Shown: positions 1 to 8,167 of the stretch, in pieces | Position numbering within the stretch: the first letter of the stretch is position 1 | Layout: each line of letters begins with the position of its first letter | Assembly (NCBI GenBank): GCA_043809315.1 | Contig: JAZDDX010000026.1 | Coordinates: 10,792 to 74,791 of the forward strand | Length of the DNA stretch: 64,000 nucleotides | Direction: 5' to 3' | Source of the DNA: Pseudomonadota bacterium | GTDB taxonomy: Bacteria; Bdellovibrionota_G; JALEGL01; DATDPG01 | The notes under the pieces: model-generated | The model's database searches: none | What the model saw: only the letters and a program-made list of their open reading frames with translations | Told to the model about the DNA's origin: nothing | Program-made: the position numbers and the translations under genes

Positions 1-1620
1 CCGGCGCGTGACCGGGTTCAACAGGAGCGGGGCGTATTTGACCCCGAACCGGACATTGAAGAAGCCCGAGTCCCGAATATGGGCGTTCGCTTTCTGTTGT
101 GCGCCTCCCCAGTGTGGTTTTGGTTTCTTCCGCACCAACTGGTACAGCATGTAACCGGCAACCCCGGTATAGTACGCCACGATCTTCCGCAGCGGGAGTG
201 ATGTCGATCCACCACCCAATTGGGTCCGGCAATGGTGTGCGTCCAGATGAGCCAGAATTCGTTGCCGCCACGCCAAAACCTTCAGCAACGGCCATCCCGT
301 TAGGTTCACGAAATGATCCGTCCGATAGGCGTCGATGTCGCTGATTCGGATCAGATACCGTTCCTCGGCGTCGATATCGGTGCCGATCGCGCCTTGTTCC
401 CGCGCATATTCGTATAGCGGCGTTCCGGGCAGAGCTTGCGCGTAATTGATGCTGATCATCTCGCTGGGGAGCGTGCCTTCCCACTCCCGGACGTACGGCG
501 ACACCTCCTTGAGGAACTCGATGGTTTCCTGGATCGTCTCGTCGGTCTCCCCCGGCATGCCGATCACCAGTTGGACGATGGTGTCGAGCCCTGCCTCATA
601 GGCGCTTTTCAGGGCGCCGAGATTCTCCTCGCGGGTTGCGTTCTTTTCCATGATCTCGAGAATCTTCGAGCTCCCGGATTCGATCCCGAAAATGACGCCG
701 ACACAACCGTTCGCTTTCCAGTGCTGCAAGGTCTCTCGGCTGACCGTACGAACCCGAACGCCGGCAGCCATCCACTTCAGATGCAGCTCGCCCATGCGGC
801 GGACGAGCTCTTCCGTTGCCTTCCGGTCCGATCCGAAGTTTTCATCCCCGACGAGGACGTACCCGACGTTGTATTGGCGGATGAGCTCGCTCAGGTGCCC
901 GATGGTCTTTTCAATCGGACGAACCCGATACCCCTTCTCAAAACGGTGGCAGAATGTGCACCTGGAGACACACCCCTTCGCCATCACGACCGTGGCAACC
1001 CTCTTGCCCGGCTCTGCCACTCCCCGCAGGCCGAACATCCGGTCGGCCACCTCGTCGGAAATATAGTATGAAAGCGAGCCGTCCGCTTCCAGGATTCCGT
1101 AATCAGGGGATTCGATCTCTTCCGCGGAAGGTCTTCTGCCGTTGCCCGTGAAACAGAACTTCTTTTGCTCGTCCAGGAAAGCAATTCCCTTCACGTCCTG
1201 TAATCGATCAACCTTCACCGGCTTCTCGGAAAGAATCCGGACCAGGTCCTGAATCGTGTACTCCCCGTCTCCGATCACACAGAAATCGACGTCGCATCTG
1301 CGCAGGAGAATTTCCGCGCTTGCCGCGAGATTCCCGCCGACGATCACCGTCGTGCCGGGAGAGACGCGGCGAATCAGATTCCCCAGGAATTTTGTGTAGG
1401 CGTAGGCCGTCGACACGACCGCGCTGATTCCGACCACGTCGAATTGATGTTCCTTGAAATAGGCCTCCACTTCGCGATGGCCGTAACGAAAGTAGTCGAT
1501 ATTTAGAAGTTTCGGGTTCTCACCGATCTTCCGCAGTGATTGGATGACCGCCATGGCGCCGAACGGCGGACAATCGGTCGGATAGGATCGGATCGGGATC
1601 GTGCAGATACAGATCTTCAT
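1..1620 (-). CDS. B12-binding-domain radical SAM protein, partial (C-terminus lies beyond the left window edge)
   Basis: Absent from the ORF track because no stop falls inside the window. My minus-strand translation from ATG 1620-1618 reads MKICICTIPIRSYPTDCPPFGAMAVIQSLRKIG...VVGISAV...VIVGGNLA, a cobalamin-binding Rossmann-like N-domain pattern. It continues with VVMAKGCVSRCTFCHRF (CxxxCxxC radical-SAM cluster motif, about nt 940-990). The frame stays open to nt 1. The start overlaps the stop of the upstream GT gene (ATGA at 1617-1620). Confidence 0.8.
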   Translation of the reverse strand, partial: MKICICTIPIRSYPTDCPPFGAMAVIQSLRKIGENPKLLNIDYFRYGHREVEAYFKEHQFDVVGISAVVSTAYAYTKFLGNLIRRVSPGTTVIVGGNLAASAEILLRRCDVDFCVIGDGEYTIQDLVRILSEKPVKVDRLQDVKGIAFLDEQKKFCFTGNGRRPSAEEIESPDYGILEADGSLSYYISDEVADRMFGLRGVAEPGKRVATVVMAKGCVSRCTFCHRFEKGYRVRPIEKTIGHLSELIRQYNVGYVLVGDENFGSDRKATEELVRRMGELHLKWMAAGVRVRTVSRETLQHWKANGCVGVIFGIESGSSKILEIMEKNATREENLGALKSAYEAGLDTIVQLVIGMPGETDETIQETIEFLKEVSPYVREWEGTLPSEMISINYAQALPGTPLYEYAREQGAIGTDIDAEERYLIRISDIDAYRTDHFVNLTGWPLLKVLAWRQRILAHLDAHHCRTQLGGGSTSLPLRKIVAYYTGVAGYMLYQLVRKKPKPHWGGAQQKANAHIRDSGFFNVRFGVKYAPLLLNPVTRR

Positions 1621-2891
1621 GACGGAAACAACGGCTCGTAATGTTTATTGAAAACGTCGGGAATCGAGAACAGCCGCTCGGCGCGGTTTCGCGCCCCCCC
1701 CCCCATCCGGGCCGTCTCCTCCGGATGATCGATCGCCCAGAGAATGCGTTCGCTCAATTGGCCCGGATTTTTCGGTTCCACCAGGAACCCGGACCGCCCG
1801 TCGGCGATCTGTTCCTGGATCCCCCCGACTCGGGATCCGATCGTCGGGATCCCGGAGGCCATCGCCTCGAGAACAACGTTCGGAAACACGTCCGGCCCCC
1901 ACGAGGGGACAACAAGCAGGTCAACATTCCGGTACAGCTCCCCAACCCGTTCGTACGGAAGCCAGGGGGCGCTTGTCAGGAACGGCAACCGCGGTGCCGG
2001 TCGATTCGATACGAACCGAACCCGGAAATCCTGCCGCTTCCTCCAGCAGGCCTCGAACGCCTCCATGGCAACCCGGAACCCCTTCGACGCGATGTCCATT
2101 CGTCCGGCCAGGAGAATCTGAAACGGGCGTGGCGAGGAACCCGCCGCCTTCGCCGGAACGAAGCGCTCCAGATCGACCGCATTAGGTACGGCTTTCACCG
2201 GCACGCGAACGAAAGGCTGAAGACGTCGCTGAATGAACCCGTTTCCGACCTGTACCGCGCGCGTGGATTCAAACGCCTGAGAACAGAGCCGTTGATAGCG
2301 TTTGGTGAACGCCCCCGTCCGGAAGAACTCGAAGAGCCAGCGCGGACTCGGATATCGCGCGTAAAATCCCAACGCACACCGGACACACGTGGACACGTTC
2401 GATCCATCGGCTTTTAGGTAATCGATCTCACAAACACGGCCGTGTCGTTCGAGAATTCCGTTCCCCTTGATACAGAGCATCTCGTGAGAAAAAAGGCGAA
2501 GAACCGGACTCCACTCTTTGAGCGCTAAAACGACCGACGGCTTGAAATACCATCCGTCCGCGATCAGGACGTAATCGGGCGAAAGCGCATGAACGTGTTC
2601 TCTCACCTTCGCCGCCAGTCCGGTCGGGGTGTATTCCCCCAGAGAAAGAGGAATGGAGTGGAGCTTGTACGGAGGGGGGGACGAAAACTCGGCCCTTCCC
2701 CGGACAAAGAACTTGGTTCGATGGAGCGGCCACGGCTGACCGACGGTTCTCGAGATCCGTTCCAGTTGGGGAAGAACCAGCGTCGTGTCGAATCGTTTTG
2801 CGAACTCGCGCAGAATCCAGTTCAGCTCCACCGGCGCCCCCCCGTCGGGAGGCCAGGTGAAGTTCAAATCGACGACACAGAGTTTCTTCAC
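1617..2891 (-). CDS. Glycosyltransferase, GT-B fold family 4 type
   Basis: Track ORF is 1617..2957, but its first 22 codons overlap tRNA-Phe. The first usable start is GTG 2891 (VKKLCVVDLNFTWPPDGG...). The C-terminal half has the GT4 signature VVPSWGPDVFPNVVLEAMASGIPTIGSRVGGIQEQIADGRSGFLVEP (E-x7-E region). Exact start is uncertain. Confidence 0.85.
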   Translation of the reverse strand: MKKLCVVDLNFTWPPDGGAPVELNWILREFAKRFDTTLVLPQLERISRTVGQPWPLHRTKFFVRGRAEFSSPPPYKLHSIPLSLGEYTPTGLAAKVREHVHALSPDYVLIADGWYFKPSVVLALKEWSPVLRLFSHEMLCIKGNGILERHGRVCEIDYLKADGSNVSTCVRCALGFYARYPSPRWLFEFFRTGAFTKRYQRLCSQAFESTRAVQVGNGFIQRRLQPFVRVPVKAVPNAVDLERFVPAKAAGSSPRPFQILLAGRMDIASKGFRVAMEAFEACWRKRQDFRVRFVSNRPAPRLPFLTSAPWLPYERVGELYRNVDLLVVPSWGPDVFPNVVLEAMASGIPTIGSRVGGIQEQIADGRSGFLVEPKNPGQLSERILWAIDHPEETARMGGGARNRAERLFSIPDVFNKHYEPLFPS

Positions 2892-2922
2892 GTCGGATGG
2901 AGATCGTATCGGGAAGGTGAAA

Positions 2923-2998
<76 letters not shown>

Positions 2999-3013
2999 AC
3001 CGACGAACCGATC

Positions 3014-3042
3014 TCGTTATGTCATTCGGGCTTTTTTGGCAA
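3014..3042 (-). promoter_or_regulatory. Putative sigma70-type promoter for tRNA-Phe
   Basis: Minus strand reads TTGCCA (3042-3037), 17 nt spacer, TAACGA (3019-3014). An A-tract lies upstream. It sits about 15 nt upstream of the tRNA 5' end. The -10 is weak. Confidence 0.3.
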
Positions 3043-3067
3043 TTTTTTCGGGAACTTCTGCGGGAAA

Positions 3068-3096
3068 TTGCCTTCCGGTCTTCAAAATGCTACATC
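3068..3096 (+). promoter_or_regulatory. Putative sigma70-type promoter for tRNA-Lys
   Basis: TTGCCT (3068-3073), 17 nt spacer, TACATC (3091-3096). A GC-rich discriminator CGCCCCC follows. The tRNA starts at 3110. Confidence 0.35.
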
Positions 3097-3109
3097 CGCC
3101 CCCTTTCGA

Positions 3110-3185
<76 letters not shown>

Positions 3186-3192
3186 GATTTCC

Positions 3193-3222
3193 GGCCGGGG
3201 GTGTAAGCCTCCGGCCTTTTTT
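3193..3222 (+). terminator. Intrinsic terminator after tRNA-Lys
   Basis: GGCCGGGGG (3193-3201) pairs with CCTCCGGCC (3208-3216), giving 9 bp including one G-U. The loop is TGTAAG and it is followed by TTTTTT (3217-3222). The T-run overlaps the argS stop codon on the other strand. Confidence 0.6.
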
Positions 3223-4924
3223 ACATCCGGTCAGGCGTTGGTATTCCGAGGAGTTTCAATCCGGTCTTCAAGAGTTCCGCGAATCCACTTACGAGCACGA
3301 CGCGCGCTTTCGCCAGTTCCGGCGGGGCGTCGAGGATCCGTTGCGTCGTGTAAAACCGATTGAAGTTCTTCGTCAGATCGATCAGGTACTGGGCGATCAG
3401 GAACGGCTCCCGTTCCATCTCCGCCTTCGCAAGAACCATCGGGAAATGGGAAAGTTCTCGAACGAGGGCGCTCTCTTCGTCGGTGGTCAGGTTTTCGAGC
3501 GCCGCCGTTTCGTCGATCGGCTGCCCCCACTTCCTCAGAATGCTTTGCGCCCGGACGAACGTGTACTGGAGATATGGCCCGGTCTCCCCTTCGAACGAAA
3601 GCATCTCCTCCCAGGAGAACTTCACGTCTTTGATCCGCTTGGCGCTCAAGTCGGCATACAAAATGGCCCCCAGGCCGACCTGCCGCGCCACCTCGTTCCG
3701 GTTCTCGAGATCGGGATTTTTCTCCGCTACGATCTTGTTCGCCAGATCCGTCGCCCGATCGATCACTTCGGCCAAGAAGACGATGTTCCCTCTCCGGGTC
3801 GACATCGATTCGTCCCCGAACGAGATGTGGCCGAACATGATGTGCTCCAGCCGGTCGGCCCAGGAGTACCCCATCAGTTCGACCACTTTGAAGAGCTGCT
3901 GGAAGTGGAGCCGTTGCGGGGCGCCAACGACGTAGATCATCCGGTCGAATTTCAGTTGATCGAACCGGTAGATCGCCGCCGCGATATCGCGGGTCAGATA
4001 AAGGGAGCTGTCGTCTTTTTTCTTGATGAGGCAGGTCGGCAACCCGTACGGCTCGAGGTCGATGACCGTCGCCTCCTCGCTGATCTTCGTGAGGTTCTTC
4101 TCCTCCAGATCCTCCAGGAGGCCGGGAAGACGGTCGGTATAGAAGCTCTCGCCCCAATAATGATCGAACGAGACCCCGAGCATCTTGTAGATCCGCTCGA
4201 GTTCCCGCATCGTCAGCTCCCGGAACCACTCCCAGAGCTCCTGCGCCTCCGGGTCTTTCTGCTCGAGCCGTGCAAACCAGTCGCGCGCCTCCTCGATCAG
4301 GGTCGGGTCGCTCACCTCTTCCTCGTGGAAACGAACGTAAAGCTTATAGAGAGCCTCCATCGGCTTCTCCGCCAGCATCTCGGCCTTTCCCCAACGACGA
4401 TAGGCGGAGATCAGCTTGCCGAACTGGGTTCCCCAGTCCCCCAGATGATTCAGCTGAACCACGCGCCACCCGCGTGCCGCGAAGATCCGGGAGAGGGCGG
4501 CGCCGATGTTGGTGGAGCGGAGGTGCCCGATCGAGAACGGCTTCGCGATGTTCGGAGAGGAGTATTCGATGACGGCGACCGGCGCAGGCTTCTTCGTGAC
4601 GAAGCCGTACTTCCCGGCACTCTTTCGAATCTCGGTTAAGACCGACCGGGAGACGAACGAGCGTTTGAGAAAGAAGTTGAGATACCCCCCCTGGACCTCG
4701 ACCCGGTCGAACTCGGCCGGAAGATGGGCGAGAAGCGCCTCCTTCCAGCGGTTGGCCAACTCGGGCGGTGAAATCTTCTCCTCTTTCGCCCAACGGAAAC
4801 AGGGGAGTGCCAAGTCCCCCTGCTCCGGCTTCGGCGGGATCTCAAGCGCCGCTTCCAGATCGGAGGCGGTGCGACCGGACGCCCCGGCCAGGAGACCGAC
4901 GACTTTCTCTCGGAGTTCTTTCAT
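3221..4924 (-). CDS. argS: Arginine--tRNA ligase
   Basis: 567-aa track ORF with class I aaRS features: SSPNIAKPFSIGHLRSTNIG (HIGH-type motif), MSTRRG (KMSKS-equivalent) and the typical ArgRS N- and C-terminal domains (ends ...GIPTPDRM). Confidence 0.95.
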   Translation of the reverse strand: MKELREKVVGLLAGASGRTASDLEAALEIPPKPEQGDLALPCFRWAKEEKISPPELANRWKEALLAHLPAEFDRVEVQGGYLNFFLKRSFVSRSVLTEIRKSAGKYGFVTKKPAPVAVIEYSSPNIAKPFSIGHLRSTNIGAALSRIFAARGWRVVQLNHLGDWGTQFGKLISAYRRWGKAEMLAEKPMEALYKLYVRFHEEEVSDPTLIEEARDWFARLEQKDPEAQELWEWFRELTMRELERIYKMLGVSFDHYWGESFYTDRLPGLLEDLEEKNLTKISEEATVIDLEPYGLPTCLIKKKDDSSLYLTRDIAAAIYRFDQLKFDRMIYVVGAPQRLHFQQLFKVVELMGYSWADRLEHIMFGHISFGDESMSTRRGNIVFLAEVIDRATDLANKIVAEKNPDLENRNEVARQVGLGAILYADLSAKRIKDVKFSWEEMLSFEGETGPYLQYTFVRAQSILRKWGQPIDETAALENLTTDEESALVRELSHFPMVLAKAEMEREPFLIAQYLIDLTKNFNRFYTTQRILDAPPELAKARVVLVSGFAELLKTGLKLLGIPTPDRM

Positions 4925-4932
4925 CGAAAAAT

Positions 4933-5292
4933 CTACCCGGGTGGCCAGCCGAACGACCGCCCGCCCAGAAGGTGAAGGTGAAGATGTGCGACGCTCTGCC
5001 CGCCGTAGGTGCCGACGTTCGAAACGACGCGATAGCCGTTTTTGTCGAGGTTCTCGCTTTCCGCCAGTTTCCCGGCCACCAGCATGAGGTGTCCCAAGAG
5101 AGCTTGGTGCTTGGGTTCACAGGTCGCGAGCGACACGACATGTTCCTTCGGGATGATCAGGACGTGAACGGGGGCTTTCGGATTGATATCCCGGAACCCC
5201 GTCGCGAGGTCATCCTCGTACAGCACCGCCGTCTCGATCTCTTGCGCGGCGATCTTGCAGAACAGGCAGTCGGAGGGGCTCACGAGCCTCAT
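4933..5292 (-). CDS. HIT-family (histidine triad) nucleotide-binding protein
   Basis: 119 aa. It contains CLFCKI... and the histidine triad HLHLHLLGG near the C-terminus. Confidence 0.9.
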   Translation of the reverse strand: MRLVSPSDCLFCKIAAQEIETAVLYEDDLATGFRDINPKAPVHVLIIPKEHVVSLATCEPKHQALLGHLMLVAGKLAESENLDKNGYRVVSNVGTYGGQSVAHLHLHLLGGRSFGWPPG

Positions 5293-5355
5293 TTCGCCAC
5301 CAACGGGAGGATTGTCAAGTGCCGCAGCGGCCCCCTTTTTGGTACAGTCGTTCCC

Positions 5356-6018
5356 ATGGGACGCCTGCCGCCCCTTCTTTTCCTATTCCTTCTCGGGGCC
5401 TGCCAATTCGCCCCCCCTCACCAGATCCCCTGGGACGAACGCTCGTTCCCCGAACAGCGGGCCCAGTTGGTCGCGGACGCCCAATCTCTCCGCCATGCCC
5501 GCGAGTTCCGGGTCGGGGCCCGCTCCTACCCGTTCGACTGCAGCGGTTTCGTCGCCATCGTCCTCTACCGGAACGGGATCGACGTCTACAAAGGGGCGAC
5601 GGAGCTTCAGATCCGGGGGAATGGAGTGCGCTTGCTGTACGAGCACATGGCCCGGTACAGCACCCTCTTCACCCAAAACGATCCGAAACCGGGGGATTTG
5701 GTCTTCTTCTCCCGGACGTACGATTCGAACCGCGACGGCCGGAGCGCGAACGATGCTCTCACACATATCGGTTTGGTTGAGGAGGTGGCTGACGACGGCA
5801 CGGTCACGTTCATCCACAACCTTCACGGCGTCCGGCGGAACGTCATGAACCTGAGACGTCCTCACGATCACAAGGACGAAAACGGGAAGGTCGTGAACGA
5901 CTACCTCCGCCGACGGCGACGTGGCGACACACGCAACACGCCGCACCTAGGGGGGGAGCTGTTCACTTCTTTCGGGTCGGTGGTGAAAGACCGTCAGGAT
6001 TCGTCGGAATCGAAGTAG
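5356..6018 (+). CDS. NlpC/P60 (C40) cell-wall peptidase lipoprotein
   Basis: Track ORF 4768..6018 trimmed to ATG 5356 because the upstream part is antisense to the HIT gene and argS. N-terminus is MGRLPPLLFLFLLGAC (lipobox). Catalytic-type motifs are DCSGFV (Cys) and THIGLVEEV (His). Confidence 0.85.
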   Translation: MGRLPPLLFLFLLGACQFAPPHQIPWDERSFPEQRAQLVADAQSLRHAREFRVGARSYPFDCSGFVAIVLYRNGIDVYKGATELQIRGNGVRLLYEHMARYSTLFTQNDPKPGDLVFFSRTYDSNRDGRSANDALTHIGLVEEVADDGTVTFIHNLHGVRRNVMNLRRPHDHKDENGKVVNDYLRRRRRGDTRNTPHLGGELFTSFGSVVKDRQDSSESK

Positions 6019-6233
6019 CTCTTGTCGACGAACTTGTTGGCCGGCTTCTTGATCTTGGCTTTGGGGTCGGTGACGGAGAGGATGCGATCGAGCGGGATCG
6101 CGATCTGGCTGGTCATGGTACGGATGACGATTTCCTCGGGCCCCACCTCCAGCAGGACCCCCTTGTAGGTGATCCCGTTTGCGCGTACCTCCACCGTCTT
6201 GCGCAAGAGTTCCTCTAACGGCCCTTTCGGCAT
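5994..6233 (-). CDS. Small conserved-looking hypothetical protein (79 aa, Sm-like beta-rich pattern)
   Basis: Track ORF 5994..6395 trimmed to ATG 6233, because the upstream part overlaps the divergent CDF gene. A GAGGGGA Shine-Dalgarno lies 5-6 nt upstream. Sequence is MPKGPLEELLRKTVEVRANGITYKGVLLEVGPEEIVIRT.... No family assigned. Confidence 0.5.
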   Translation of the reverse strand: MPKGPLEELLRKTVEVRANGITYKGVLLEVGPEEIVIRTMTSQIAIPLDRILSVTDPKAKIKKPANKFVDKSYFDSDES

Positions 6234-6245
6234 TATGATCCCCTC

Positions 6246-7124
6246 ATGACGGACCCCCACAACCACGGCCCGCTGAAGAAAACCGCCACGACCCGACTTT
6301 GGATCTCGGTGGGGCTGACGGCGTTCATCTTCGTCCTCGAGCTGGTGGGCGGATGGCTTTCCAATTCTCTCTCTCTCTTGTCCGACGCCGGGCATGTCTT
6401 CACCGACGTGATGGCGTCGGGGTTGATCCTACTCTCCATTTGGTGGGCCGCCAAACCCCCTTCTGCGCGAAACACGTACGGGCATTATCGGGCGGAGATT
6501 CTGGCCACGCTGATTAACGGGGGGCTTCTCCTCTTCATCGCGTTCCAGATTCTCCTGGCGGCGTGGCATCGGCTCTTCACGACGGAGGTGATTCGGACGG
6601 GCGTGATGCTTCCGATCGCGATCGCCGGTTTGGTTGGGAACGGGATTTCGGTGGTTCTGCTCCACAACGACCGCGAGCATCTGGCGACGCGCTCGGCCTA
6701 TTTCCATGTATTAAGTGACACGATCTCGTCGATCGGCGTCGTCCTGGCCGGGTTCGCGATTGCGAAGACCGGGTGGACGATCCTCGATCCGTTGATGGCG
6801 TTCGCAATCGCCGGGTTGATTTTGTTCGGTGGGTATCGGCTGGTGAAAGAGGCGGTCTCAATCCTGATGGAGGCTTCCCCTGCGCATGTGAAGCTCGAAG
6901 CGGTGGAACGGCAGATTCTATCGGTCCCGGGGGTCGAGGCGGTTCACGATCTTCACGTCTGGACGATCAGCTCTGGCTATCTTTCGGCGAGCGCGCACAT
7001 TCAGGTTCATCCGATGGACACGCGGGCGAGCGATGCGATCGTCCGGGGCGTTTCAACGCGCTTGAGTGAGGAGTATGGGATCACGCACGCGACGTTGCAG
7101 GTCGAGACGCTCCCGACATCCTAG
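6246..7124 (+). CDS. czcD: Cation diffusion facilitator (CDF) family divalent-metal efflux transporter
   Basis: 292 aa with six hydrophobic spans. CDF signatures are LSLLSDAGHVFTDV and HVLSDTISSIGV, plus a C-terminal cytoplasmic domain (HDLHVWTISSG). Confidence 0.9.
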   Translation: MTDPHNHGPLKKTATTRLWISVGLTAFIFVLELVGGWLSNSLSLLSDAGHVFTDVMASGLILLSIWWAAKPPSARNTYGHYRAEILATLINGGLLLFIAFQILLAAWHRLFTTEVIRTGVMLPIAIAGLVGNGISVVLLHNDREHLATRSAYFHVLSDTISSIGVVLAGFAIAKTGWTILDPLMAFAIAGLILFGGYRLVKEAVSILMEASPAHVKLEAVERQILSVPGVEAVHDLHVWTISSGYLSASAHIQVHPMDTRASDAIVRGVSTRLSEEYGITHATLQVETLPTS

Positions 7125-7127
7125 CTC

Positions 7128-7568
7128 CTACATCCCTTTCTTGGCCGCTTCCGCCTTCTCAGCCGCCTTGTCCGCTTTCTCCTGCTTCTTCTTCAAATAC
7201 TCCTGGTACCCCTTGAGGCGCTCGAGCGCTTCGCGGGCGTTGCGGCGAACCTGGGTGTCGGAATCATTCGTCGCCGTTTCCGTGAGCGGATCGACCGCCC
7301 GCTCGTCCGTCAAAAGCCCGAGTGAATTCGCCGCCTCGGCCCGTACGCCAAAGAACTTGTCGTTCAACGCCTGAATCAATGCCGGCGTCGCCGTCCGGTC
7401 CCCCATTGCACCGAGCGCACGTGCTGCATTCTTCCGGACCAGATCCATCGGATGCGTCTGCACCGTCTTGATCCAGTATTCCATATGCTCGTTTCCGGTC
7501 GGCGTCGGCGTTTGCGCCAACGAAACCGTCACCCATCCGATCGCCAGAACCCGTGCGAGTCTTCGCAT
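7128..7568 (-). CDS. Secreted HEAT-repeat protein
   Basis: 146 aa with a signal-like N-terminus (MRRLARVLAIGWVTVSLAQ). PBS-lyase/HEAT-type repeats are present: VRKNAARALGAMGD, VRAEAANSLGLL, VRRNAREALERL. Confidence 0.7.
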   Translation of the reverse strand: MRRLARVLAIGWVTVSLAQTPTPTGNEHMEYWIKTVQTHPMDLVRKNAARALGAMGDRTATPALIQALNDKFFGVRAEAANSLGLLTDERAVDPLTETATNDSDTQVRRNAREALERLKGYQEYLKKKQEKADKAAEKAEAAKKGM

Positions 7569-7572
7569 CTTC

Positions 7573-8163
7573 TTATTGCCCCTGCTTCAAATACGCGGAA
7601 TCGGTCCAGGCGAGATCGAGGTAACTCTTCGCCACCTCCGCACATTTCCCCTTGTCCAGATCCGCCTTGACCGCATTCCAATCCGCCCTCTTCGCCAAAA
7701 GCGAATTTCGCGCCACTCCGATCCTCAAGTACGGAATCACCTTCTCCGTCGGCACGATCTCCGCCCGCTTCTTCCCCACTTTCGTTGCGCTTTCGACGTC
7801 GACGAATTTGAGATAGATCTGACTTAGCGACGGGAACTTCTCGAATGCCGCTACCGCCCCATTCGCGTAAACCCCTCGCCCCAAAAGCAGCCAGCGGTAG
7901 GCGTTGCAGATCTCCTCTTTCGAATCACGAGCCTTCAGACTCCGCCAGTACGAAATTTCTGCCGAGTACCCCCCTCCGGCCATCTCCTTTACCGTCACGA
8001 TGTCATGTTGGCTCCGGCGATCGGGGCGAACGAGATAGATCCTAAGAACGTCCTGCAGGCCGCTCTGGATTGCCTGGACTTCCCCTTTCTCGGCGAAAGA
8101 AATTCTTGGGGAGAAGAGAAGCAAAACCAGAAGCGCGAAACAAACCTTCTTCATGCCGGGCAT
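7573..8163 (-). CDS. Hypothetical secreted protein
   Basis: 196-aa ORF with a signal peptide (MKKVCFALLVLLLFSPRISFA). Codon usage is consistent with its neighbours. No recognisable domain. Confidence 0.6.
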   Translation of the reverse strand: MPGMKKVCFALLVLLLFSPRISFAEKGEVQAIQSGLQDVLRIYLVRPDRRSQHDIVTVKEMAGGGYSAEISYWRSLKARDSKEEICNAYRWLLLGRGVYANGAVAAFEKFPSLSQIYLKFVDVESATKVGKKRAEIVPTEKVIPYLRIGVARNSLLAKRADWNAVKADLDKGKCAEVAKSYLDLAWTDSAYLKQGQ

Positions 8164-8167
8164 TATA

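Noticed and set aside
436-1071. 211-aa and 138-aa + strand ORFs at the left edge
   Set aside because: They are antisense to the hand-translated B12-radical SAM gene, whose frame contains the CxxxCxxC motif and is open for 1620 nt.
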